Source: an uncultured Muribaculaceae bacterium
GTDB lineage: Bacteria; Pseudomonadota; Alphaproteobacteria; Rs-D84
Reading direction: 5' to 3'
Assembly: GCA_964368385.1 (NCBI GenBank)
Contig: CAYJAG010000005.1
Span: 1 to 39,555, forward strand
DNA: 39,555 bases
Shown here: one piece after another, positions 8,849 through 17,941 of the stretch
How positions within the stretch are numbered: the first letter of the stretch is position 1
Layout: the number at the start of each line of letters is the position of its first letter
Notes under the pieces: model-generated
Told to the model about the DNA's origin: nothing
The model's database searches: none
Seen by the model: only the letters and a program-made list of their open reading frames with translations
Program-made: the position numbers and the translations under genes

Positions 8849-9493
8849 ATGAAAATTAAAAATATATTCTGGGATGTAGATGGAGTTTTGGCAGATCTGA
8901 ACTTTGCGTATTTTAATTTCTTGAAAAACCATCCGAATTATCGGGAAATTTTCAAGGATTTAGAATACAAGGATTTGCCACAGGCTCTTCCTGTTTCGCC
9001 AAAATATGGCGCTGTGGAATTAAAGACTCATCCAACTCTGGGCAACCAGATGGATTATGATTTTTGCCATTCAGCGCAGTTTTTCAATAATCGCCCGCTG
9101 TACCCAGATGTAATTTCCACTTTGCAGGAATTAAACCGCCGCGGAATCAGACAGGTTACAGCCAGTGCGACTTTTGATGTGGCGACAAAAACAAAATTGT
9201 TAAAACGCTTATTTGCCGATGCGCCATTTTTGGATATAGAATGCGTGCAGCATGGCACTTTTATGTCTGACACGGCCAAGGAAGATTTATTAAAATTCTG
9301 CTGCGAAAAATATAAACTGGATCCGCGCGAATCAGTTTTGGCAGATGACAGAATTTATAATCTGCCAGCTGCCCTGAACATAGGTATGCAGGTCATCCGC
9401 ATGCGAAGCGAATTTACAACTGATGCACCGCCCCACTTGGCGCACATTCCTGAAATAAAAACAACATCAGAAATTTTGGAGTTTATAAAATGA
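8849..9493 (+). CDS. HAD-superfamily hydrolase (resembles the 5'(3')-deoxyribonucleotidase / NT5C-like branch)
   Basis: 214 aa. Motif I is FWDVDGVLAD and motif IV is LADDRIYN. The stop overlaps the kdsB start (ATGA). Confidence 0.6.
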   Translation: MKIKNIFWDVDGVLADLNFAYFNFLKNHPNYREIFKDLEYKDLPQALPVSPKYGAVELKTHPTLGNQMDYDFCHSAQFFNNRPLYPDVISTLQELNRRGIRQVTASATFDVATKTKLLKRLFADAPFLDIECVQHGTFMSDTAKEDLLKFCCEKYKLDPRESVLADDRIYNLPAALNIGMQVIRMRSEFTTDAPPHLAHIPEIKTTSEILEFIK

Positions 9494-10245
9494 AAACTTG
9501 CGTGATAATTCCCTGCCGCGCAGGGTCTGAAAGATTGGCAAAAAAACACCTGGCCGACATCAACGGAAAATCATTGATGCATCGCGTCTATGAAGTTGTC
9601 GCAACCCAGTTTAATCCGGCCGACATTTTTATTGCAGTTGATAACGAAGAATACTTTGACCATGCGCGCGGCTTTGGCGCGAACGCGGTAATGACCGATG
9701 TAAATTGTCCATCCGGTACAGACCGCATAGCCCAGGCTTTGGATACGATTGACCCACGTGGCGAAATTTATGACTTTGTTATAAATTTCCAAGGCGACGA
9801 TGTAAATGTGAATCCAAAAATAAGTCGGCATCTGGCAGAAATTTTGGAAAAAACTGGCGCAGATTTGGCGACCGCGGTTCAACCAATAGTGGATGAAAAT
9901 ATGATTATGAATCCATCAGTTGTAAAAACCGCAATGGTTCAATCAACTGGACGTTGTTTGTATTTTTCGCGCAGTCCAATTCCTTTCAATCGTGCGGTGG
10001 GATGCATCGACAAGGCTTTTTGGCATATCGGAATGTATGCATATAACTTGAAATCATTGCGTCGTTTTGTCGCGCTGCCGGTGGGTGAATTAGAACAAAC
10101 AGAAAAATTAGAACAGCTGAGATTCTTGGAAAACGGAATGAGCGTTTTTACCGCAATTCTTGATGATACGCGTCTGGATCCGCGCGCGCCAGCAGATGTG
10201 AATACAGCCCAGGACCTGGAAGAAATAAGGAAGTTTATAAAATGA
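9490..10245 (+). CDS. kdsB: 3-deoxy-manno-octulosonate cytidylyltransferase (CMP-KDO synthetase)
   Basis: 251 aa. VIIPCRAGSERLAKKHLADINGKSLMHRV and ...NFQGDD... are KdsB signatures. It is adjacent to kdsA. Confidence 0.85.
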   Translation: MKTCVIIPCRAGSERLAKKHLADINGKSLMHRVYEVVATQFNPADIFIAVDNEEYFDHARGFGANAVMTDVNCPSGTDRIAQALDTIDPRGEIYDFVINFQGDDVNVNPKISRHLAEILEKTGADLATAVQPIVDENMIMNPSVVKTAMVQSTGRCLYFSRSPIPFNRAVGCIDKAFWHIGMYAYNLKSLRRFVALPVGELEQTEKLEQLRFLENGMSVFTAILDDTRLDPRAPADVNTAQDLEEIRKFIK

Positions 10246-11078
10246 AACACATAAAAATTTCAGACAAAGTTATTTTTGGAAACGATTTGCCATTCGTTTT
10301 GATTGCAGGACCATGCGCCATGGAATCGCGTGACCACGCAATGTTTATGGCTGAAAACCTGATGAAAATTACCGACAAACTGGGAATACCTTTTGTATTC
10401 AAAACCAGTTTTGATAAAGCAAACCGGACATCATTGTCTTCAGGACGTGGAACCGGTCTAGATTATGCTATGAAAGTGTTTGATGAAATTCGTGAAAAAC
10501 TGGGGTGCGCTTGCATAACGGACATTCATCTGCCAAATCAGGCAGAAATTATTGCGCCGCATGTCGACATGCTGCAGATTCCGGCTTTTCTGGCGCGTCA
10601 AACAGATTTGCTGGTTGCGGCCGCAAAGACAGGAAAGCCTGTGAATGTCAAAAAACCACAATGGTCCGCGCCCCAGGATATGAAATCTACATTGGGAAAA
10701 ATGTATGATTCTGGAAATCAAAACATTTTGCTGTGTGAACGCGGCACCAGTTTTGGTTATAACAATTATGTTGTTGATATGCGCAGTATTCCATGGATGT
10801 CTGCATTGGACGCGCCAGTTGTAATTGATGCAACGCATGGAATTCAACAGCCGGCATCCAGTGGATGCACATCTGGTGGCGATCGCCGCCTTGCACCTGT
10901 TATCGCGCGCGCGGCATTGGCGATTGGTGTTGCGGCGGTATTTACCGAAGTGCATGATAATCCAGATTCTGCGCCATGCGATGGACCAAATATGATTAAA
11001 CTTTCCGATATGGAAAATCAATTATGTGTTTGGAAAGATATAGATAAAATTGCAAAAGCAAATCAGATAGTTATGTAA
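10242..11078 (+). CDS. kdsA: 2-dehydro-3-deoxyphosphooctonate aldolase (KDO-8-P synthase)
   Basis: 278 aa. FVLIAGPCAMESRDHA, FKTSFDKANRTS, QIPAFLARQTDLL, NVKKPQ, CERGTSFGYNN and DATH are all KdsA motifs. Confidence 0.92.
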   Translation: MKHIKISDKVIFGNDLPFVLIAGPCAMESRDHAMFMAENLMKITDKLGIPFVFKTSFDKANRTSLSSGRGTGLDYAMKVFDEIREKLGCACITDIHLPNQAEIIAPHVDMLQIPAFLARQTDLLVAAAKTGKPVNVKKPQWSAPQDMKSTLGKMYDSGNQNILLCERGTSFGYNNYVVDMRSIPWMSALDAPVVIDATHGIQQPASSGCTSGGDRRLAPVIARAALAIGVAAVFTEVHDNPDSAPCDGPNMIKLSDMENQLCVWKDIDKIAKANQIVM

Positions 11079-11105
11079 AAAAAAGCCGGCAAAGCCGGCT
11101 TTTTT
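11077..11105. terminator. Bidirectional rho-independent terminator between kdsA and typA
   Basis: A-run, stem AGCCGGC (11084-11090), loop AAA, stem GCCGGCT (11094-11100), T-run. It lies between convergent stops and overlaps the typA stop codon. Confidence 0.8.
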
Positions 11106-12933
11106 AATTCTTTCTTGTTTTCTTTCGTATGTTAGAATCAAGTTCCTTTTTACGAAGTCTGATGATTTGTGGAGTAACTTCTACCAATTCATCATCTTGG
11201 ATATAAGAAAGCGCTTCTTCCAGCGATATACGACGCGGTGGGGCCAGGAATAATTTTTCATCAGCCGTAACACTGCGCATGTTTGTCAGTTCTTTACCCT
11301 TGATCGGATTGATTTCTAAATCGTTTTCTTTGGTGTGTTCACCAACAATCATTCCGCTGTAAACCAGAGTCTGTGGTTCAATAAACAATGTTCCGCGCGG
11401 CTGTATGTTAAATAAGGCGTATGTTGCTGCCGCACCATTTTCCATAGAAACCAATACTCCTGGACGATACGCTTCTATATCGCCGCGATAAAAATCATAT
11501 TTATCAAATATACGATTCATAATTCCAGTGCCACGAGTATCGGTTCGAAATTCTGATAAATAACCAATCAATCCGCGCGAAGGTGCCGAAAAAGTTATAC
11601 GACTTTTACCAACGCCAGATGGTTTCATTTCTGTAATCATCCCTTTGCGCTTGGTCATTTTTTCAATAACAACGCCGGAAAATTCGTCATCAACATCAAT
11701 TACGACATCTTCGATTGGTTCCAGATCATTTCCATTTTCGTCTTTTTGGAAAACAACGCGTGGGCGGGATACAGAAAGCTCAAAACCCTCGCGGCGCATT
11801 GTTTCAATCAAAATTCCCAGTTGTAATTCCCCACGACCAGATACTTCAAAAGATTCATTATTAGCGCTTTGTACCACGCGCAACGCAATGTTTGTTTCCG
11901 CTTCTTTAAATAATCTTTCGCCAATCATACGGCTGGTTAATTTTTTACCACCGCTGCGTCCAGCCAATGGGCTGGTATTCACAAAAAATGTCATGGTCAG
12001 CGTTGGTGGATCTATTGGTAATGCATCAATAGGTTCGCTTACAGATGGATCACACAAAGTGTCCGCAACGGTCGCTTTGCCAAATCCGGCAATAACAACA
12101 ATATCCCCAGCACTGGCATTTTCAAGTGATATTTTTTCAACACCACGATGTTCAATGATTTTTGTTATTTTAGCATTTTCAATAAACGCGCCTTGCATAT
12201 TGATTGCCTTGACCGCTTGACCAACACGCACGGTTCCAGATTCTATTTTTCCAGTTAAAATTCTGCCTACATAAGGGTCTGCTTCCAGCGTCGTTGCAAG
12301 CATGCGGAAAGGAGCGTTCAGTTCGCATTTTCCAGATGCCCCGCAATCAGGCGCAGGCACATGATCAATGATAAGTTGAAACAATGGTGTTAAATCTTTG
12401 TGTTCATCAGTCATTTCACGCACTGCCCATCCGTCACGACCAACAGCATACAAATATGGGAAATCTAATTGTGCATCTGTCGCACCAAGTTTATCAAACA
12501 GGTCAAATGTTTCGCTGAGAACTTCGTCAGCGCGCGCATCCTGTCTATCAACTTTATTGATGCAAACAATAGGACGCAGCCCCAATTTTAATGCCTTGGA
12601 CAATACGAACTTTGTTTGTGGCAATGGTCCTTCGGACGAATCAACCAGCAATACCACACCATCAACCATACTTAAAATACGTTCAACTTCACCGCCAAAG
12701 TCAGCGTGCCCGGGCGTATCAACAATGTTGATTTTATAATCTTTCCACAGAACACTGGTTGGTTTTGCAGAAATAGTAATCCCGCGTTCGCGTTCCAAAT
12801 CACCGCTATCCATGATGCGATCTGCAACACGTTCGTTTTCACGGAAAGTGCCGGCCTGTTTCAGCATATTATCAACCAGGGTGGTTTTTCCGTGATCAAC
12901 GTGTGCGATTATTGCTATATTACGAATTTTCAT
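11104..12933 (-). CDS. typA: Translational GTPase TypA/BipA
   Basis: 609 aa. MKIRNIAIIAHVDHGKTTLVD..., DTPGHADFGGEVER, NKVDR, and the overall EF-G-like length and C-terminus are typical of BipA. Confidence 0.93.
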   Translation of the reverse strand: MKIRNIAIIAHVDHGKTTLVDNMLKQAGTFRENERVADRIMDSGDLERERGITISAKPTSVLWKDYKINIVDTPGHADFGGEVERILSMVDGVVLLVDSSEGPLPQTKFVLSKALKLGLRPIVCINKVDRQDARADEVLSETFDLFDKLGATDAQLDFPYLYAVGRDGWAVREMTDEHKDLTPLFQLIIDHVPAPDCGASGKCELNAPFRMLATTLEADPYVGRILTGKIESGTVRVGQAVKAINMQGAFIENAKITKIIEHRGVEKISLENASAGDIVVIAGFGKATVADTLCDPSVSEPIDALPIDPPTLTMTFFVNTSPLAGRSGGKKLTSRMIGERLFKEAETNIALRVVQSANNESFEVSGRGELQLGILIETMRREGFELSVSRPRVVFQKDENGNDLEPIEDVVIDVDDEFSGVVIEKMTKRKGMITEMKPSGVGKSRITFSAPSRGLIGYLSEFRTDTRGTGIMNRIFDKYDFYRGDIEAYRPGVLVSMENGAAATYALFNIQPRGTLFIEPQTLVYSGMIVGEHTKENDLEINPIKGKELTNMRSVTADEKLFLAPPRRISLEEALSYIQDDELVEVTPQIIRLRKKELDSNIRKKTRKN

Positions 12934-13010
12934 TTTGACTTTCTTATGGTTATAAATTCTTGTGCGCCGCGCATGTTACAGCAAAAAATATGAGTTTTCA
13001 AGCAGATATA

Positions 13011-13036
13011 CAAAATAAATCCGGCAAACGCCGGAT
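13011..13036 (-). terminator. Rho-independent terminator downstream of the serS / orphan-ORF unit
   Basis: Stem ATCCGGC (13019-13025), loop AAAC, stem GCCGGAT (13030-13036). On the minus strand it is followed by TTATTTTG, and it lies 20 nt past the stop of ORF 13057..13464. Confidence 0.65.
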
Positions 13037-13056
13037 TGTGTTTTTTTATATTTTAG

Positions 13057-13464
13057 TTATCTTTTTTTAGAGTTGTTTTTAATAAAAGCTTTTAATTCAA
13101 TCAATGCGGCAGGGGTAAATGTTTCATATTGGTCCATAATGGCATTGATAAGGCGTTTTTGTGGTATAGCTTTTTGAGTTTCTTTTTGGATAAACATGTA
13201 TTTTCTTAGAACTAAACTCTTAAACTCTTTTATTGTAAGTGAAGCAACTTTGTTTTTAGCCCAAAAGTCGTTCATGTCTATTTCAGCGCCAATATAAACT
13301 TGGAAATGAGAGAAAAATAAAGTATCCCAAATTATCTGTAAATCTTTCATTTTTGTATTTTGATTTGCTAGTTTTGGTTTATACAATTCATTAACAGAAG
13401 AATCCAAAAGATAATTAATCGTTTCAAATACATGTTTCTGAATCAAAGAATCAATTTTTGCCAT
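13057..13464 (-). CDS. Hypothetical protein (AT-rich orphan, no family recognised)
   Basis: 135-aa ORF starting 2 nt after the serS stop. Predicted helical, Lys/Ile/Phe rich. Noticeably lower GC than its neighbours in my rough hand counts (about 30% versus about 40%). Confidence 0.5.
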   Translation of the reverse strand: MAKIDSLIQKHVFETINYLLDSSVNELYKPKLANQNTKMKDLQIIWDTLFFSHFQVYIGAEIDMNDFWAKNKVASLTIKEFKSLVLRKYMFIQKETQKAIPQKRLINAIMDQYETFTPAALIELKAFIKNNSKKR

Positions 13465-13466
13465 TT

Positions 13467-14750
13467 TTATCCACCTATTTTTTTACGTCCACCCATTAGC
13501 GATTGTAATGCCTTTGGTATATTTACGCTGCCATCTGCATTTTGATGATTTTCAATAACTGGTACGATAGCACGGGGCAGAGCAATTCCAGTATTGTTTA
13601 ATGTTGCGCAAAATTTGACATCGTTCGTGACATTTTCGCGATAGCGCGTATTTGTTCTGCGCGCTTGGAATTGACCAATGGACGAGCAGCTGCCCAGTTC
13701 GCGATAGCGACCCTCGCTGGGGACCCAAGCCTCGACATCGTTCATTTTAACTTTGTTAAATCCCATGTCGCCAGTGCAGCATTCCAGAACGCGATAAGGC
13801 AATTCCAAATCAGCCATAATTTCGCACAGGTTGTTTAACAAATGTTCGTGCATTTCATCTGATTGCTCTGGCGTACAATAAACATATTGTTCAACCTTGT
13901 GGAATTCATGAATTCGCATAATTCCACGGGTGTCACGACCGGCCGCGCCGGCCTCTTTGCGAAAGCATTCGCTGAAGCCTGCGTATTTAATTGGTAATTG
14001 GTTTTCACCAAAAATTTCATTGCTGTGCAGCGAGTTCAAAACAATTTCAGCCGTGCCGCCCAAGCATCTGTCAAAATTCGTCAATGCAAAAACATCATTT
14101 TCCATAACAGATGGATTGCTGCCCATAAAGTGTCCAGCATCAAAAATAGGCTTTGTTTTTACTATTGCTGGAACCTGGATAAACTTGAACCCTTTGGCAA
14201 TCAGTTTTTGTATCACAAATGTTTGTATCGCCAAATCAAGTTCGGCAGCTTCGCCCATCAAGGCGTAAGTTCTGGTGCCGCAAATTTCAGAAATTTTTTC
14301 AGGCATCCACCAACCATTCATGTCCAATAATTCCCATTGAGGGCGCGGTGTAAATCCAGAAAATTCACGCACATCACCAACGCGTTTAACCTCTATATTA
14401 CCGCCTTCATCTACGCCCTGTGGCGCATTGTCGCTGGGGATTTGTGGAACAGATAAAAGTAATTCATTCAGATTGGATTCTGCTGTTGCCAATTCTTGTA
14501 ATTCATCTGCAATTTCAGCACCAATTTTTTTGGATTCAGCAACCAATGGAGTGCGCGCATCTGCATTCGCAGTTGCGATTTGTGCAGTGATTTTATTTTT
14601 TTCAGCGGTTTTTGCCTGGGTGTTGGTTTTCAACACGCGAACGCGCGCGTCCAGTTCCAAAATAGTATCGGTATTATCATCAAATCCCTTGGCTTTACAG
14701 GCCCATTTTACTTTTTCAGGATTTTCGCGAATAAATTTTATGTCCAGCAT
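13467..14750 (-). CDS. serS: Seryl-tRNA synthetase
   Basis: 427 aa. MLDIKFIRENPEKVK... begins the coiled-coil arm. Class II motifs include FRKEAGAAGRDTRGIMRIHEFHKVE and ...ATLNNTGIALPRAIVPVIENHQ. Confidence 0.93.
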   Translation of the reverse strand: MLDIKFIRENPEKVKWACKAKGFDDNTDTILELDARVRVLKTNTQAKTAEKNKITAQIATANADARTPLVAESKKIGAEIADELQELATAESNLNELLLSVPQIPSDNAPQGVDEGGNIEVKRVGDVREFSGFTPRPQWELLDMNGWWMPEKISEICGTRTYALMGEAAELDLAIQTFVIQKLIAKGFKFIQVPAIVKTKPIFDAGHFMGSNPSVMENDVFALTNFDRCLGGTAEIVLNSLHSNEIFGENQLPIKYAGFSECFRKEAGAAGRDTRGIMRIHEFHKVEQYVYCTPEQSDEMHEHLLNNLCEIMADLELPYRVLECCTGDMGFNKVKMNDVEAWVPSEGRYRELGSCSSIGQFQARRTNTRYRENVTNDVKFCATLNNTGIALPRAIVPVIENHQNADGSVNIPKALQSLMGGRKKIGG

Positions 14751-14759
14751 GACACCCCC

Positions 14760-15053
14760 TTATAATTGTGAAATGAAATCAGGAAACCCGTTTTCTTCGT
14801 CGTCCATCTTATCGTCAGTTTCGGCCGCAATCGCGCTTTTATCGCGAGGATCGCGACTGGTGTCTATCTTGCATTGCTCATCATTTACAATACGGCCATA
14901 GTGCTCGGCCATCTGAAGGATACGTTCGCGTTCTACCGGGTCGGGTGTTTGGCGCGCCTGGTCCATATATTGCTTGCGTCTTTGCCGCCAGCGATGACAA
15001 CGCTGAATCATAAGTCCAACAGACATTTGTTTTTTATTAGTATTATTTTGCAT
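14760..15053 (-). CDS. Small basic/acidic protein, DUF4167-like
   Basis: 97 aa. ...RQRRKQYMDQARQTPDPVERERILQMAEHYGRIV... resembles the alphaproteobacterial DUF4167 core (..Y...A......D.V..E...QHAEHY.R). It has an acidic tail. Confidence 0.5.
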   Translation of the reverse strand: MQNNTNKKQMSVGLMIQRCHRWRQRRKQYMDQARQTPDPVERERILQMAEHYGRIVNDEQCKIDTSRDPRDKSAIAAETDDKMDDEENGFPDFISQL

Positions 15054-15141
15054 TGTTTTTCTTTTTATAAATGTGGAAATAACTGCAAGAAATCTATTAA
15101 ATACCTTGCTCTGTCAGCATTTTACACTGCATGAAAACCGA

Positions 15142-15175
15142 TTGCAATAATTTTTTTTTCTGGCTATTATAGCCA
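15142..15175 (+). promoter_or_regulatory. Putative sigma70-type promoter with a 15-bp perfect palindrome over the -10 element, upstream of the prepilin-like operon
   Basis: TTGCAA (15142-15147), 17-nt spacer, TATTAT (15165-15170). The palindrome TGGCTAT-T-ATAGCCA spans 15161-15175. GGAGGG lies at 15181-15186. Confidence 0.35.
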
Positions 15176-15193
15176 ATGTAGGAGGGATGTTTT

Positions 15194-16630
15194 TTGCAAA
15201 GCGATATGCGCGGAAATTTTTTGCTGCAAGCTTTGCTGGCAATCGCCTTGGTGATGTCATTTATGTCTTTTATGGCGCCAAAATTGTCCGCGCGAAAAAG
15301 TGATGCTGCCATGGCTGCAATCGCACGCCAGGCTGAAACCGCCGCCCGCGCTGCCCGTCAATTTGTCCGCGCGAACAAATCAAGCATTGTTTATGGTCCA
15401 CGCAACATTGCGGGTGATGAATTTTCCGATTTATTGGAGCCTTTCGGTTTGCCATTGGGTTTTGTCCCGTTGACCACGGCGCAACAAAAAATCTCTCTTT
15501 TGACATCAAAAAACGATTCTGGTGTTTTGGCCTTGATAGTTCTGCAGGATGGCAAAATTTCAGATATAAAGCGCCGCGAGTTAATGGCGCGAATCGGATC
15601 TGATGCAGCATCTGCTGATAATGATGGAGTTTTGCATGGAATTGGCGGCTGGGAAAAATCCCTTAAAGATTTTGGTATAAAACCAGATTCCGCGGCCGTT
15701 TATATTTTGGTTCCAGCAGATGATGATTTTTCAGAATTGATTCGACGCAGCGCAAATGATTCTGCCAGAAACAAGTTTCACATTGATCTTTCTATGGGAG
15801 GGATGTCTGTGAAAAACAGCACCTCGCTTTCCGCAAGGAATGCCGAGCTGGGCACCGCAAACTTTGGCACTTTATCCATAACCGGTTCCAGCGATGAAAG
15901 AAAATTTAAGAATAAGATAGAGCTGGTATCCGCCACGCGCGCAGTATTTCAGACGCGGGATGGGGCAAATGCATTGAACATTTCCAAGGGCGATCTGAAT
16001 GCAAAATCTTTGTCTGCGCAAACTCTTTTCAAATATGGAATTCCAGGCGCAGTTGATGCTGGGTCGACCTCGATTAATTCATTATCAATGGCGGTCGGTC
16101 GATCAGGATTTATCGGAATGTATGATTGGGACATTCACAGCGATGTAATTTTGAATAATGTTTCAATAGACACCGAACATCTTGAAATCAATGGTTTTAT
16201 AAATGCTTCGCGCGGTCAGGATGTGTTTATAGATAAAGATGAATTAACGTATTCAACAAAAAGTGGTGTCGAGACAAGAACGCTCAGCGCCGCATCTATT
16301 ACACTGCGCGACCAGGTTTCCAGCGCCTTGCTGTCGGGATCTGATGGCGCAGTGATTTTGGACATTAGGCCAGCTGGTGTTTCTGTCCTGACAGATGTTT
16401 TATCTGACACTATAAATAACGACGCATTTGAGATACTTAAAAATCCAGCCGCCGATGATGGTACTCTGATTGGTTGCAGAAATATAATTTCTTCGCTGTC
16501 ATCGGCCCCGACATATAATTCCAAATCGGCTGCGCAAAACATTGTGTGCCAGTTCGTTTTCTGGCAGCGTCTGGAGCGGCGCATAAATATAAAACAATGC
16601 ATGTTAGACGGAGGCAGTAATTGTGGGTGA
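15194..16630 (+). CDS. Large prepilin-like (class III signal) protein, paralog 1 of 3; short leader, Gln at +5, Cys-rich C-terminus
   Basis: 478 aa. TTG start at 15194, 7 nt after GGAGGG (alternative ATG at 15206). The N-terminus is MQSDMRG|NFLLQALLAIALVMSFMSF. It shares the internal motifs ..RRELMARIGSDA.. and DLSMGGMSVKN with the next two ORFs. The last ~55 aa contain 4 Cys. Confidence 0.6.
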   Translation: MQSDMRGNFLLQALLAIALVMSFMSFMAPKLSARKSDAAMAAIARQAETAARAARQFVRANKSSIVYGPRNIAGDEFSDLLEPFGLPLGFVPLTTAQQKISLLTSKNDSGVLALIVLQDGKISDIKRRELMARIGSDAASADNDGVLHGIGGWEKSLKDFGIKPDSAAVYILVPADDDFSELIRRSANDSARNKFHIDLSMGGMSVKNSTSLSARNAELGTANFGTLSITGSSDERKFKNKIELVSATRAVFQTRDGANALNISKGDLNAKSLSAQTLFKYGIPGAVDAGSTSINSLSMAVGRSGFIGMYDWDIHSDVILNNVSIDTEHLEINGFINASRGQDVFIDKDELTYSTKSGVETRTLSAASITLRDQVSSALLSGSDGAVILDIRPAGVSVLTDVLSDTINNDAFEILKNPAADDGTLIGCRNIISSLSSAPTYNSKSAAQNIVCQFVFWQRLERRINIKQCMLDGGSNCG

Positions 16631-16639
16631 TAAGTGTAA

Positions 16640-17941
16640 ATGATGAATGATAAATTAAAGGATTTTTACAAAAAATATATCCTGGGTGAAAAGACTTCAT
16701 CCCCTGTCGTTCATAATTCGTTACTCTGTCAGCGAGGTGCGGGATTATTGGAAACTTTACTGGCAATCGCTGTTGTCGGTGCCGTTCTGCCTTTTGCTTA
16801 TAATAGTGCGATAGAAATGAGTCACAACATCGCAGATACCACCGAAGCAAACCGAGTTTTGGCATGGCATGATCCAGTAATGGCCTATGTTCGCAAGAAT
16901 CAGTCGGATTGGCCATCGACCGCACAGATAGAATTTGATGAAGAGGAAGTTGTTGTTATGGGGACTGGCGACAATCGGCTGTTGTACCCATATGCTGGAT
17001 TTATTGAAAAGCGAGATGGTTCAGGTGGCTCGGTTATAAATGCCTATTTGGCGTTCCGTCCTGTTGGCATAACCGAAACACGCGTTGCAAACATTGCAAA
17101 GAATCTGGGTTCTGATGCTGCTGTTGCCAGCGCGGGTGGAAATGCTTCCAGTTCAGCCGGCTGGAGTATTTATTCCGAGCTGTTTACAGATGGCGATTTA
17201 ATTTTTAGAATTTCGGACATTTTGGGCGATGATGATGCATACAAGTACTTGCACAGAACTTATTTGGATGATGCAGAATTGAACACCATGCGTCGCGATC
17301 TGAATATGGCAAAACATAGCATTTTTGACATTGGAAAAATAACAGCTCAAACATTGAATGCAACAAATTCGAACCTTTGGTTTATTGAAACTCCACATAT
17401 TCAGACGTCCGAAATTTATTTTCCCGAAGGCGCGTCCATTGATGCGTCCAAAGCAATCTTTGGTTCGATTAACGTGAATGGGGATGTTAATGGACTGCGA
17501 AAAATCACAGCCGGAAAATTAAAAGGATCGGGCGTTCTTGCTGGTGCGCAGTGGTCTTCACGCGGAGATGTTGTTGCAGATTCAGTAAATGTAAATGGGC
17601 CGGTTAATGTCCAGCGAGATATGGTGGTTCGTGCAGAAACCGCGCGCAGTATAAGTGGCTTTGCGGGGGTGCGTGCGAACTCGGTTGCAACGCCGTATAT
17701 TTTTGCAGATCAGATGTTTTTTGCCAGTGGTTATGGAATAACAATTTCAAGTGAGTTGTTATATTCCACCAGCGGTGTGCCAATAAAACTGGGAAGTTGG
17801 GGCTTTCCATCATCAAGCAGTCCAAAATTTTCCACGCTGACATTGTATAAATCCAGTGGAAAGGAATTAGGTGAAGTGTTGGGTGTTCCAAACACAAAAG
17901 ATGTTGCCCAGATAATGAAAAGCGGATGGAAAAATCTGTGA
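16640..17941 (+). CDS. Large prepilin-like (class III signal) protein, paralog 2 of 3; 33-aa conserved leader
   Basis: 433 aa. ...LLCQRG|AGLLETLLAIAVVGAVLPF has Gly at -1, Glu at +5 and about 20 hydrophobic residues. Shared motifs are ..TRVANIAKNLGSDA.. and DLNMAKHSIFD. The C-terminal half has G/V/N/S-rich beta-type repeats (INVNGDVNG.., VNVNGPVNV..). Confidence 0.6.
   Translation: MMNDKLKDFYKKYILGEKTSSPVVHNSLLCQRGAGLLETLLAIAVVGAVLPFAYNSAIEMSHNIADTTEANRVLAWHDPVMAYVRKNQSDWPSTAQIEFDEEEVVVMGTGDNRLLYPYAGFIEKRDGSGGSVINAYLAFRPVGITETRVANIAKNLGSDAAVASAGGNASSSAGWSIYSELFTDGDLIFRISDILGDDDAYKYLHRTYLDDAELNTMRRDLNMAKHSIFDIGKITAQTLNATNSNLWFIETPHIQTSEIYFPEGASIDASKAIFGSINVNGDVNGLRKITAGKLKGSGVLAGAQWSSRGDVVADSVNVNGPVNVQRDMVVRAETARSISGFAGVRANSVATPYIFADQMFFASGYGITISSELLYSTSGVPIKLGSWGFPSSSSPKFSTLTLYKSSGKELGEVLGVPNTKDVAQIMKSGWKNL

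Noticed and set aside
12934-13056. Checked the longer intergenic regions (12934-13056, 15054-15193, 30334-30481, 33408-33519) for tRNA, SRP RNA or other small RNA genes
   Set aside because: I could not see a cloverleaf-compatible stem arrangement, a conserved SRP/tmRNA/RNase P motif or an extended structure. These regions are explained by terminators and divergent promoters. A covariance-model scan (Infernal/Rfam, tRNAscan-SE) would be needed for certainty.
15161-15175. Possible sigma54 (-24/-12) promoter, because TGGC occurs upstream of pilin-like genes
   Set aside because: The GG and GC dinucleotides are separated by 8 nt rather than the required 10, and there is no TTGCA-like -12 element. 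It is better explained as a palindromic operator over a sigma70-type -10.
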